Assembly: GCA_028707495.1 (NCBI GenBank) | Contig: JAQWAS010000005.1 | Coordinates: 1,065-65,064, forward strand | Reading direction: 5' to 3' | Origin: Patescibacteria group bacterium | GTDB taxonomy: Bacteria; Patescibacteriota; Patescibacteriia; UBA2591; JAQWAS01 | DNA: 64,000 nucleotides | Shown: positions 30,165-39,081 of the stretch, piece after piece | Layout: each line of letters starts with the position of its first letter | How positions within the stretch are numbered: position 1 is the first letter of the stretch | The notes under the pieces: generated by a model | The model's database searches: none | Told to the model about the DNA's origin: nothing | What the model saw: the letters and a program-made list of their open reading frames with translations, nothing else | Made by a program: the position numbers and the translations under genes

Positions 30165-30587
30165 ATGAGAATAGAACGACTAACTATAAAAGATATTGAA
30201 TATGTTGCCTATAGGTTGGCTCAAGAGACCATGGGGTGGTCTGAACCTATTCCTGATTTTAGTACACGTTTTACAAATGCTCTAGAACGATCTATTGAAA
30301 CACCTTTTCAGTCTTTTGATGGCAAACAATTATATCCTGGGCTTATAAAAAAGACCTCAATACTTTTTTATTTAATGATAAAAAATCATCCCTTTCAAAA
30401 CGGTAATAAACGAATTGCGATGACGACTTTATTTTATTTTTTGCATGTTAATAAAAAATGGCTAAGAGTTGATAATCAAGAACTTTATAACTTTGCTAAA
30501 TGGGTAGCTGAAAGCAATGCAAGGCTAAAAGATAACACCTTGGGTTCAATCGAAACCTTTCTTAAATTATATATAATTGATAGATAA
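30165..30587 (+). CDS. Fic/Doc-family protein (Doc-type motif HPFQNGNKR)
   Basis: NHPFQNGNKRIAMTT matches the Doc variant of the Fic motif HxFx(D/N)GNKR. 140 aa. Confidence 0.6.
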   Translation: MRIERLTIKDIEYVAYRLAQETMGWSEPIPDFSTRFTNALERSIETPFQSFDGKQLYPGLIKKTSILFYLMIKNHPFQNGNKRIAMTTLFYFLHVNKKWLRVDNQELYNFAKWVAESNARLKDNTLGSIETFLKLYIIDR

Positions 30588-30592
30588 ATAAT

Positions 30593-32974
30593 ATGAACGA
30601 AGCAGAAACAAGAGCCGAATATATTGACCCGAAGCTCAAAGCGAGCGGTTGGGGCGAGGTCGAAGGATCAAAAGTCCTACGCGAATTTCGTATTACTGAC
30701 GGCAAAATTCAAACAGGGGGAACCAGAAGCAAACCGGAGATTGCCGACTATATTTTGGTATATAAAAATCAAAAGATTAGTGTAATAGAAGCTAAAGCCG
30801 AGAATTTACCTGCTACCGAAGGAGTGGCACAAGCCAAAGCGTATGCCGAAAAGCTGCATATTGATTACACCTACGCCACCAACGGCAAAGAGATTTACGC
30901 CATTTCCATGAAAACCGGCGAGGAAGGCGAAATTGCCGATTTCCCAACCCCTGACGAACTTTGGAATAATACTTTTGCAGATTGGAGCGAATGGAAAGAA
31001 AAATTTGTGAGCGTCCCCAACGAAGGTGAATATGGCAAAAGATATTATCAGGAAATTGCTATCAATAATGTTTTAAATGCGGTGGCAGAAGAAAAAGACC
31101 GAATACTTTTGACCATGGCGACCGGAACAGGAAAAACCGCTGTGGCTTTTCAAATCGCTTGGAAACTTTTTCAAACTCGCTGGAATCTAAAAAGAGACGG
31201 CGCGCGAAGACCGCGCATTTTATTTTTGGCGGATAGAAACATTTTAGCCGATCAAGCGTTCAATGCTTTCTCCGCTTTTGATAAAGATGCGCTGGTACGA
31301 ATCAATCCTTTGGATATTCGCAAAAAAGGCGGAGTGCCGATGAGCGGAAGCGTTTATTTTACAATCTTTCAAACTTTTATGAGTGGTCCGGATGGAACGT
31401 CGTATTTTGGCGATTATCCGGCAGACTTTTTTGATTTTATTATTATTGACGAGTGTCATCGAGGCGGTGCGAATGATGAAAGCAACTGGCGCGGAATTTT
31501 AGATTATTTTTCTCCTGCCGTTCAACTTGGTCTAACCGCTACACCAAGACGACAAGATAATGCGGACACTTACCGCTATTTTGGCGAACCGGTTTATACT
31601 TATTCACTCAAAGAGGGCGTGAATGATGGATTTTTGACACCTTTTAAAGTCAAAAGAATCAAAACTACGCTGGACGATTATATTTATACTTCGGATGACC
31701 AGATTATTGAGGGTGAAGTGGAAGAAGGTAAAATCTATGAAGAGCCGGATTTTAACAAAATTATTGTTATTAAAGAACGCGAAGCCAAAAGAGTACGGGT
31801 TGTTTTGGATGAAATAAACCAGAATGAGAAGACAATCGTTTTTTGCGCTACGCAAGATCATGCTTTAGCTGTTCGTGATTTGGTAAATCAGATGAAAGAA
31901 AGCAAAGATCCAAATTATTGCGTCCGAGTAACCGCCAATGACGGCGCGCGCGGAGAACAATTTTTGCGTGAATTTCAAGATAACGAAAAAACAATTCCTA
32001 CGATTCTGACGACTTCACAAAAACTTTCTACCGGCGTGGACGCGCGAAATATCCGCAATATTGTTTTGATGAGACCAATTAATTCAATGATTGAGTTTAA
32101 ACAGATTATCGGTCGTGGAACTAGGCTTTTTGACGGCAAAGAATATTTTACAATTTATGATTTTGTTGATGCTTATAAGCATTTTTCCGATCCGGAATGG
32201 GATGGCGATCCGATAGAAGAAGTCTGCTCAAAATGTGGTCAAAATCCTTGTATTTGCGAATTAAAACCACCGCGCGTTTGTAATGTTTGCGGACAGAGCC
32301 CTTGTGTATGCGAAAAACCGCCCAAAATATGCCCTGTGTGCGGAAAAGAACCTTGCGAGTGTGAGAATCCACCAAAGAAAAAACTGAAAATAAAGTTGCG
32401 TGATGGAAAAGAGCGTGAAATTCAACACATGATTTCGACTTCGTTTTATAGTGCGGACGGAAAACCAATTTCTATTCAAGAGTTTATGGATAATATGTTT
32501 GGCGCTATGCCGGAATTTTTCAAGAGTGAAGAAGAACTCCGAAAGATTTGGTCAAATCCAACGACCAGAAAAGCATTTTTAGGTAGTATTGCGGAAAAAG
32601 GTTTTGGCAAAGACGAATTAGGAACACTGCAAAAGATGATTGATGCCGAGCAGAGTGATCTTTTTGATGTTTTGACCTATATATCATTTTTAACACAACC
32701 AATTTCTAGAACTCAAAGAGTAAAACAATCAAAAGACAAAATCTTTAAAGGACTAGATGAAAAACAAAAAGAGTTTTTAGATTTTGTATTGTCTAAATAC
32801 GAAGAAAAAGGAGTTGAAGAACTGGACGAAGAAAAATTACCGGTACTGCTTAATTTAAAATATCACGCAATCGCAAATGCAGAACAATCGCTTGGAAGTG
32901 TGGATAGTATTCGTTCAATATTCTTTGCTTTTCAGAAAAATCTGTATGCCAAGATAAATAAAATTAATACATAA
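30593..32974 (+). CDS. hsdR: Type I restriction enzyme R subunit HsdR, with C-terminal tandem Cys-rich repeats
   Basis: N-terminal MNEAETRAEYIDPKLKASGW (HsdR_N), helicase motifs TGTGKT, IIIDECHRG, C-terminal helicase domain. Three tandem repeats at 32225-32380. Confidence 0.85.
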   Translation: MNEAETRAEYIDPKLKASGWGEVEGSKVLREFRITDGKIQTGGTRSKPEIADYILVYKNQKISVIEAKAENLPATEGVAQAKAYAEKLHIDYTYATNGKEIYAISMKTGEEGEIADFPTPDELWNNTFADWSEWKEKFVSVPNEGEYGKRYYQEIAINNVLNAVAEEKDRILLTMATGTGKTAVAFQIAWKLFQTRWNLKRDGARRPRILFLADRNILADQAFNAFSAFDKDALVRINPLDIRKKGGVPMSGSVYFTIFQTFMSGPDGTSYFGDYPADFFDFIIIDECHRGGANDESNWRGILDYFSPAVQLGLTATPRRQDNADTYRYFGEPVYTYSLKEGVNDGFLTPFKVKRIKTTLDDYIYTSDDQIIEGEVEEGKIYEEPDFNKIIVIKEREAKRVRVVLDEINQNEKTIVFCATQDHALAVRDLVNQMKESKDPNYCVRVTANDGARGEQFLREFQDNEKTIPTILTTSQKLSTGVDARNIRNIVLMRPINSMIEFKQIIGRGTRLFDGKEYFTIYDFVDAYKHFSDPEWDGDPIEEVCSKCGQNPCICELKPPRVCNVCGQSPCVCEKPPKICPVCGKEPCECENPPKKKLKIKLRDGKEREIQHMISTSFYSADGKPISIQEFMDNMFGAMPEFFKSEEELRKIWSNPTTRKAFLGSIAEKGFGKDELGTLQKMIDAEQSDLFDVLTYISFLTQPISRTQRVKQSKDKIFKGLDEKQKEFLDFVLSKYEEKGVEELDEEKLPVLLNLKYHAIANAEQSLGSVDSIRSIFFAFQKNLYAKINKINT
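32225..32380 (+). repeat. Three tandem 17-codon repeats encoding CxxCGxxPCxCE-PPK within hsdR
   Basis: CSKCGQNPCICELKPPRV / CNVCGQSPCVCEKPPKI / CPVCGKEPCECENPPKK. Confidence 0.8.
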
Positions 32975-33181
32975 AGATAACTAAATTTCAATCAGATTAA
33001 TCTAAAAACTAAAAATAAATTTTTTAAAGAGGTATTAGGAAAAAAGTTTTAAAATATTTTTTTATCTCACAAAAAGCAACCTCTTATAGTGTCGTAATAA
33101 AATAAATTTAACGAATTAACATAAATTAATTGATTATTAAAATCTTGATATTAATAATTTATTAAATTAAAAATTAACCAC

Positions 33182-34105
33182 ATGAACCCAGAAATTAAAA
33201 GTGAATCAAAATTTAAAATAACTAAAGACAAATTAATAGCTAAGCATTTACCCACCTTGTCAAAAATCTTTCGTTTGCGTTTTATTAAAAAAATATTTAA
33301 ATTTGCCTTTTTCTTTTTGATAATTATAGCAGCCCTTTTCGTTGTTGATGATTATTTATATCAATATTATGATTGTTCTTTGTTTGATGGTTGTTATTAT
33401 GATGATTATTATAGCAACAGCGATAGTTCAGATTGTAATGTCTTGGGTATAGAATTATTTGGTGATTTGGTAACCTATGCCGAGGATTCTGAATTTAAAC
33501 AAACAGCTTCTGAGGATATAGTTTTTACTCTAGCTGAGGCTGAAAACGACAAGGCCACCAAAGCTGTGCTTTTGGAAATTGATTCTTACGGTGGTTATCC
33601 GGTTGCGGCTGAAGAGGTTGCCTTGGCTTTAAAGAGGCTGAATAAGCCGAGCGTGGCCTTGATTAGGGAAGGTGGAGTTTCGGCTGCATATTGGGCAGCG
33701 ACAGGAGCGGATGTTATTTTTGCTTCAAAAAATTCTGATGTGGGTGGAATCGGAGCGACCATGTCTTATTTGGATTATAGTTTACAGAATCAACGCGATG
33801 GTTTAACTTACAACTCTTTAAGCTCAGGTAAATTTAAGGATACCGGCAATCAAGATAAGCCGTTGTCTTTAGAAGAAAAAAATCTTTTAATGCGTGATGT
33901 AAATATTTTACATCAAAATTTTATTGAAACAATTGTTGAAAATAGAAATTTAGATCTTCAACAAGTCGAAAAGATAGCTGATGGTTCAACTATGTTAGGC
34001 CAAATGGCTCTAGAAAACAATTTAATTGATTATATTGGGGGAATAAATGAAGTAGAGGAATATTTTAAAGATTTGATTGGTGAGGATGTTTCTATCTGTT
34101 GGTAG
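33182..34105 (+). CDS. sppA: Signal peptide peptidase SppA-like (S49 family)
   Basis: N-terminal TM. ClpP/crotonase-fold block VLLEIDSYGGYPVAAEEVALALKRL...GGVSAAYWAATGADVIFASKNSDVGGIG. Confidence 0.6.
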   Translation: MNPEIKSESKFKITKDKLIAKHLPTLSKIFRLRFIKKIFKFAFFFLIIIAALFVVDDYLYQYYDCSLFDGCYYDDYYSNSDSSDCNVLGIELFGDLVTYAEDSEFKQTASEDIVFTLAEAENDKATKAVLLEIDSYGGYPVAAEEVALALKRLNKPSVALIREGGVSAAYWAATGADVIFASKNSDVGGIGATMSYLDYSLQNQRDGLTYNSLSSGKFKDTGNQDKPLSLEEKNLLMRDVNILHQNFIETIVENRNLDLQQVEKIADGSTMLGQMALENNLIDYIGGINEVEEYFKDLIGEDVSICW

Positions 34106-34131
34106 GTTTTAAATTAAACATATTTATCATA

Positions 34132-34166
34132 TAAAAAAGCAACCTCGCACGAGGTCGCTTTTTTAT
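34132..34166. terminator. Bidirectional terminator between sppA and cspA
   Basis: aaaaaagc-aacctcg-cac-gaggtcgc-ttttttatt hairpin flanked by A- and T-tracts. Confidence 0.55.
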
Positions 34167-34184
34167 TGTTAGGTTAAAAAACTC

Positions 34185-34382
34185 TTAAGCTTTTTTAACT
34201 TGAACAGCGGAATCTCCTTTGGGAGTGTTTTCAATTTCAAATGTGACTAAATCACCTTCGTGTAATTCTTCAAAGTCAACGCCTTCTAGGCTGTTAGCAT
34301 GAAAAAAAACATCTTTGTCATTGTCTTCACGTGAAATAAAGCCAAAGTTTTTGTCCGTTATTTTTTTTATAGTACCTTGCAT
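34185..34382 (-). CDS. cspA: Cold-shock protein (CspA family)
   Basis: MQGTIKKITDKNFGFISRE...DVFFHANSL. RNP1/RNP2 motifs. 65 aa. Confidence 0.85.
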   Translation of the reverse strand: MQGTIKKITDKNFGFISREDNDKDVFFHANSLEGVDFEELHEGDLVTFEIENTPKGDSAVQVKKA

Positions 34383-34721
34383 GTGAATGTAAAATAAGAT
34401 TAATTAGAATAAACATTAACGTAGAAATTCGACTTTATATCCACTTTTTAATATTTGTCTTCCTTGTTGTCCAAGGAGAAGTTTTTAAGCTTATGTTTAT
34501 TATATAGCTAAAAGATATTTTTGTCAAGGGGTGATGTTTTTTAAAATTATTTTTTGTTACATTTTTTATTTTAAAACGTATAATATTATATAACCATTTT
34601 AATTAGTCATGACTTTAGAATTAAGTTATAATAAAGAAAAGATGTTTAAATTTATACAAAAAGTTTGGTGGAAATTTAATCGACCATCAGATTCAAGATT
34701 AATTTTAAAATACGGTTTAAC

Positions 34722-35294
34722 ATGGAAAAATTATCAATCATACAATTAGTTAAAAAATGTCAGCAAGGCGAAGTGGATTATTTTACACAGCTTTATGATG
34801 AATATGTAGATAAAATTTATAAATTTATCTATTATAAAACTTGGCACCAGGAAACGGCAGAGGATTTAACTTCGGAAGTTTTTTTAAAAGCTTTAAAAAA
34901 TATTCAAAATTATAATGTTAATAAAGCACATTTTTCAACCTGGTTATATCAAATTGCTCGTTATAGTGTAATTGATTATTATCGACGATATAAAACAGAG
35001 ATTAATATTGAAGATATTTGGGATTTAGATGATGGTATTGATCTTGAACAAGACATTGTTAATCGCGAGTTATTAAATAAAATTAGAAACCTTTTAAAGA
35101 CGCTTAAGCCACAACAACGGGAAATAATTATTTTACGCGTGTGGCAGGGCTTAAACTATCAAGAGATTAGTCAAATTACGGGACAGACTTCAGCTAGTTT
35201 AAGAATGATGGTGGGGCGGGTTTTAAAATTAATTCGTCAGCAAGACTTTAATCTATTAGTTTTAATATGTTTAATTAAATTAATTAAAATATAA
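34722..35294 (+). CDS. ECF-type sigma-70 family RNA polymerase sigma factor
   Basis: Region 2 (DLTSEVFLKALKNIQNYN...FSTWLYQIARYSVIDYYR) and region 4 HTH (QQREIIILRVWQGLNYQEISQITGQTSASLRMMVGR). Confidence 0.75.
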   Translation: MEKLSIIQLVKKCQQGEVDYFTQLYDEYVDKIYKFIYYKTWHQETAEDLTSEVFLKALKNIQNYNVNKAHFSTWLYQIARYSVIDYYRRYKTEINIEDIWDLDDGIDLEQDIVNRELLNKIRNLLKTLKPQQREIIILRVWQGLNYQEISQITGQTSASLRMMVGRVLKLIRQQDFNLLVLICLIKLIKI

Positions 35295-35298
35295 TTAT

Positions 35299-36816
35299 AT
35301 GGAAAATAATGTACAACAAATTTTAAACGAAATATATCAATTAGATTCAAGTTTAAAAAAGCGCGAAACTGAATTAATTAAAATTATTCAAACCATGTTA
35401 GCACAACAGCCTCAATTTGAATTAGATCAAACTTTTGTTGCTAACTTGAGACAACAATTAGCATCTAAAACAGCGGCAACTTTAGCTAATGAAGTTAAAA
35501 AAAATACCTGGTTTGAGTGGTTAAAACCGGTGGCTGTCGTTGGGGCGAGTTTAGTGGTTTTATTAATAGTCGCTTGGCCGTGGTTGAAATTTAATAAACC
35601 ACAAGCTGATTCTAATTTAGCTTTAAATTTAAAAGTAGAAATTAATCAACTTCAACCAGGCGCTTTTGGTAATTTAGCTTCAAGTTTATTAAGTTCACAA
35701 GCTGATGATCAAGCCTTAAATGTTAGAGAAGTTAAGGGCTTGGGTGGTGGCGGAAATGTTACGACACCAGCCATGCCAGTTATTGATTCACAAGGAACAA
35801 AAGAGATGTCAATGATTTATCAACCAACAATTTTTGAATTTAATTATCTTGGTCAGGAATTAGAACAAACTCTTCAAAGTCTAGATGTTTTAAAAAGAGT
35901 TAAGGGTGGCCAAGCTGGTCAGCAATTGGGTCGAATTTTGCAGGGGTTAAATTTTGAGATGTTAAATTTAAAAGCTTTTACTAATTTAGAGATTACTAAT
36001 TTAAGTGCGGTAGAAAAAAAAGACAAAGGTTATAGTTTGGCGGTTAGCACAGAAGAAGGACGCATTTCACTTTATCAAAATTGGCAGACCTGGCCAACTT
36101 TAGAAATTGATTGTCGCGGAGATGATTGTAATCGAGAAATAAAAAATTTAGTCAAAAACTATTTAATTCAACCACAAGAATTAATTCATCTTAGCGATCA
36201 ATTTTTACAAGAACATGGTGTTGATTTAAGTTCTTATGGTCCGGGAGAAATACAACCTTTACCCTATTGGATTGAAACCGTTGATTATGTGAGTGATTAT
36301 TTGTCAGTGATTTACCCCCTACAAATCAATGGTTTAAATGTTTATGATCAACGTGGTTTTAAACAGGGCATTGAGGTAAGTTTAAATTTACGTCAACAAG
36401 CCGTTAGTAGTGTTAATAATTTAGAAACCCAAATTTATCAAAGCTCAAGTTATAATTTAGAAACAGACATACAACAAATTTTAAAATATGCCCAACAAGG
36501 TGGTGCTAATCCGATGTATAAAAATGAAGATTCGCAGATTGTTCAAATAAATATTGATACGCCGGAATTAGCTTATATAAAAATTTGGCGTTATGAAAAT
36601 AATCAATCCGACGAATTATTGGTGCCAGCCTGGGTTTTTCCAATCATTAACAAGCCCCAAAATGAGTATTTTTATCAGGAGAAAGTGGTGGTGCCCTTAG
36701 CTAAAGATTTTTGGCAACAAGAAGAGATTTATGGTCCAATTCGTTTAATGCAGGAGGGAGTAGAAATTGATGCTCCAGTGCCAGCTATTGATAAAAGTGA
36801 AGAGATTGGTTTGTAA
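35299..36816 (+). CDS. Putative anti-sigma factor (single-TM, large extracytoplasmic domain)
   Basis: Starts 4 nt after the sigma gene. Single TM (WLKPVAVVGASLVVLLIVAWPWL) at ~aa 75. Confidence 0.4.
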   Translation: MENNVQQILNEIYQLDSSLKKRETELIKIIQTMLAQQPQFELDQTFVANLRQQLASKTAATLANEVKKNTWFEWLKPVAVVGASLVVLLIVAWPWLKFNKPQADSNLALNLKVEINQLQPGAFGNLASSLLSSQADDQALNVREVKGLGGGGNVTTPAMPVIDSQGTKEMSMIYQPTIFEFNYLGQELEQTLQSLDVLKRVKGGQAGQQLGRILQGLNFEMLNLKAFTNLEITNLSAVEKKDKGYSLAVSTEEGRISLYQNWQTWPTLEIDCRGDDCNREIKNLVKNYLIQPQELIHLSDQFLQEHGVDLSSYGPGEIQPLPYWIETVDYVSDYLSVIYPLQINGLNVYDQRGFKQGIEVSLNLRQQAVSSVNNLETQIYQSSSYNLETDIQQILKYAQQGGANPMYKNEDSQIVQINIDTPELAYIKIWRYENNQSDELLVPAWVFPIINKPQNEYFYQEKVVVPLAKDFWQQEEIYGPIRLMQEGVEIDAPVPAIDKSEEIGL

Positions 36817-36913
36817 AAATTAAATAATTAAAATAAAAAAAGTAGCTTGGAAAAACAGGCTACTTTTTTGTTTGAAAAATGGCTAGAACAAATTTATTGA
36901 GTTATAATATTTT

Positions 36914-38542
36914 ATGATGATAAAATTTTTATCTAAAATTAAAATAAGTTTTTTAGTTTATGGATTAATTATATTTTTAATTAGTTTGTCTTTGTTTTGG
37001 TGGTGGCAATTAATTTTTATTGTTCTGAGTTTATTATTAGGCTATTGGTTTTTTTATGGTCAGCCAAAAAATAAAATAAAATTTAAAAATATTTCTATAA
37101 CTTGGTTGATTTTGCCGTTAATGCTAATTTTAATTAGTCATTTTTTACCCTTTATTTTATATGGTCAACACCCGTTAGGCTATGATACTGGATTTTATAA
37201 TTATAATATTAATAAAGAGAGACAATTTCTATCGCAAAATCAAACCACGCCAATGATAATTAAGATAGATCAAAGTCAGTTAGTTAAGGATCATCAGGTT
37301 GGTTGGTTATCAAGATTAAAAAATTTAAGTTTCGATTTAACTTTAATTGAATCTTTGGGTTCTCGATGGTTAACTAGAGGTTTAATAAGGTTAGGCTGGA
37401 CCAATTGGATGATTTTATATTTGTTTCCAATTTTAATGTCAATTTTATTGGGTTGGTTGATTTATATTTTAGCCAAAAAACACTTTAATCAATCAACTGC
37501 TTGGTGGTCGATTTTATTTTATAGCTTATCCTTAACGCAATTTTTAATTTACTGGCATGTTTTTTGGAAAAATATTCTGGGCTTAGTGATTATTTTTGCT
37601 ATTTTAAATTTATTGTCTTTAAAAAATAAAACAGGTTTGGGCTTAGCTTTGTTTTTAATTTTGTTTTTATTATTTAGCCATAGAACTTCTTTCTTTTTAA
37701 TTATTTTAGTTTTAATTATTTATTTAATAGTTAGTGATTATAAATTTAAATATTATTTATTGGTTGGTTTAATTTTATTAAGTTTATTTTTTAGTTGGTT
37801 TAATAGAGGTTTAATAATTTATTTATGGCAACAAATTGCAAGCAATTTTGAGGCTTATTATGATTTTTTTGCTATTCGTCAAGGGAGCTTTATTGAATGG
37901 TCACAGTATTTAATTTATAGTTGTTTTTATCTGCCCTTAGCTGTTTTGGGTTTAATAGATTTAATTAAAAAGAAAAAAATTAATATAATTGTGATTTATA
38001 CTTTAATTTTGGGGGCTTTAGTTTTGGGTAAGTTTATTTTTTATACTCGGCTAATTGGTTTTTTAGATTTAGGTATAATTATTTTAGCCGGTTATGGTTT
38101 TAGTAATTTATTAATTAAAACAGATTATTTTAAAAAATTTGAATGGCTAGCTGGAGGCGTTTATTTTTTAATAGCAGTTTATTTTTTTACTTTAGTTACA
38201 GCTCAACAATCTTTAATTAGTCAGACAGAGTTGAAAAATATTCAACAAATGAGAAATTATTATCCCCAAGTTAAGATTTTTGTTCCTGATTCATATTATG
38301 CAAGTTGGTTATATGGGTTTTCCGACCATGAAATTATTGCCCCAGGGTTACAAGATAGGTGGAGTTTAGAAAAGTGGCAGATTTTTTGGCTGGCAGATAT
38401 AAATAAGCAAGTAGAAATGTTAAGTCAATATAAACAATTCCTCTTGATTTATAAAAGTCAAACATCTTTTATTGATCCAACCCTAGATAACCAGTGTTTT
38501 AAAAAAATAAACGAATATTTTTATTTATTTATTTGTTATTAG
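36914..38542 (+). CDS. Large polytopic membrane protein (possible GT-C-type glycosyltransferase)
   Basis: 542 aa, >12 hydrophobic helices. No confident family assignment. Confidence 0.3.
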   Translation: MMIKFLSKIKISFLVYGLIIFLISLSLFWWWQLIFIVLSLLLGYWFFYGQPKNKIKFKNISITWLILPLMLILISHFLPFILYGQHPLGYDTGFYNYNINKERQFLSQNQTTPMIIKIDQSQLVKDHQVGWLSRLKNLSFDLTLIESLGSRWLTRGLIRLGWTNWMILYLFPILMSILLGWLIYILAKKHFNQSTAWWSILFYSLSLTQFLIYWHVFWKNILGLVIIFAILNLLSLKNKTGLGLALFLILFLLFSHRTSFFLIILVLIIYLIVSDYKFKYYLLVGLILLSLFFSWFNRGLIIYLWQQIASNFEAYYDFFAIRQGSFIEWSQYLIYSCFYLPLAVLGLIDLIKKKKINIIVIYTLILGALVLGKFIFYTRLIGFLDLGIIILAGYGFSNLLIKTDYFKKFEWLAGGVYFLIAVYFFTLVTAQQSLISQTELKNIQQMRNYYPQVKIFVPDSYYASWLYGFSDHEIIAPGLQDRWSLEKWQIFWLADINKQVEMLSQYKQFLLIYKSQTSFIDPTLDNQCFKKINEYFYLFICY

Positions 38543-38601
38543 TTGAATAATTAATATAAAAAAAGAAGTTTTTTAAAAAACTTCTTTTTTTGATGGTAAA
38601 A

Positions 38602-39012
38602 TTAGCGGATAAGTTTTTTGACTAGTTGAGCGTCTTTCACAGTAATAAAATGGTCAGAATTCATATCATTTGCTTTAATAAAACATTCAGCTACGCAAGA
38701 TTTTTTAGCATTCACTTCCTTCTTTTTGGCAGAAGTCTGGTTTTTAATAAAAGTCTGAATAAGATTAAAATCTTCTTTGTCATATTTACCATTGCAATTA
38801 GCATCCCCTTTTAAGGGTGGTAAATTTATACAACTATAAGGTAAAGTATAACCATAAGAATAACCATAAAGACGATCTACTCTGGTATTTTTTATTTTAT
38901 TAGCCAAAAGAAGGCCAGCAGCGACAGAGCCAATAACCGCTAGGCTAACTAGGGCAACTGTTACTAATTTAGTTTTATTAGCATTTTTGATTTTGATTAA
39001 TGTTTCGTTCAT
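38602..39012 (-). CDS. Small TM-anchored protein with dockerin-like Ca-binding repeats
   Basis: DANCNGKYDKEDFNLIQ and DMNSDHFITVKDAQLV resemble dockerin type I repeat pairs. Confidence 0.4.
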   Translation of the reverse strand: MNETLIKIKNANKTKLVTVALVSLAVIGSVAAGLLLANKIKNTRVDRLYGYSYGYTLPYSCINLPPLKGDANCNGKYDKEDFNLIQTFIKNQTSAKKKEVNAKKSCVAECFIKANDMNSDHFITVKDAQLVKKLIR

Positions 39013-39081
39013 GTGTTTAATTTTTTAAAGTTTTTTAATATTAATTTATATTAAGCTTTTTTATTTTTAATGTCAATTTTT

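Noticed and set aside
34609-34734. 41-aa ORF overlapping the sigma-factor start
   Set aside because: Out of frame with and overlapping a well-supported gene. No RBS.
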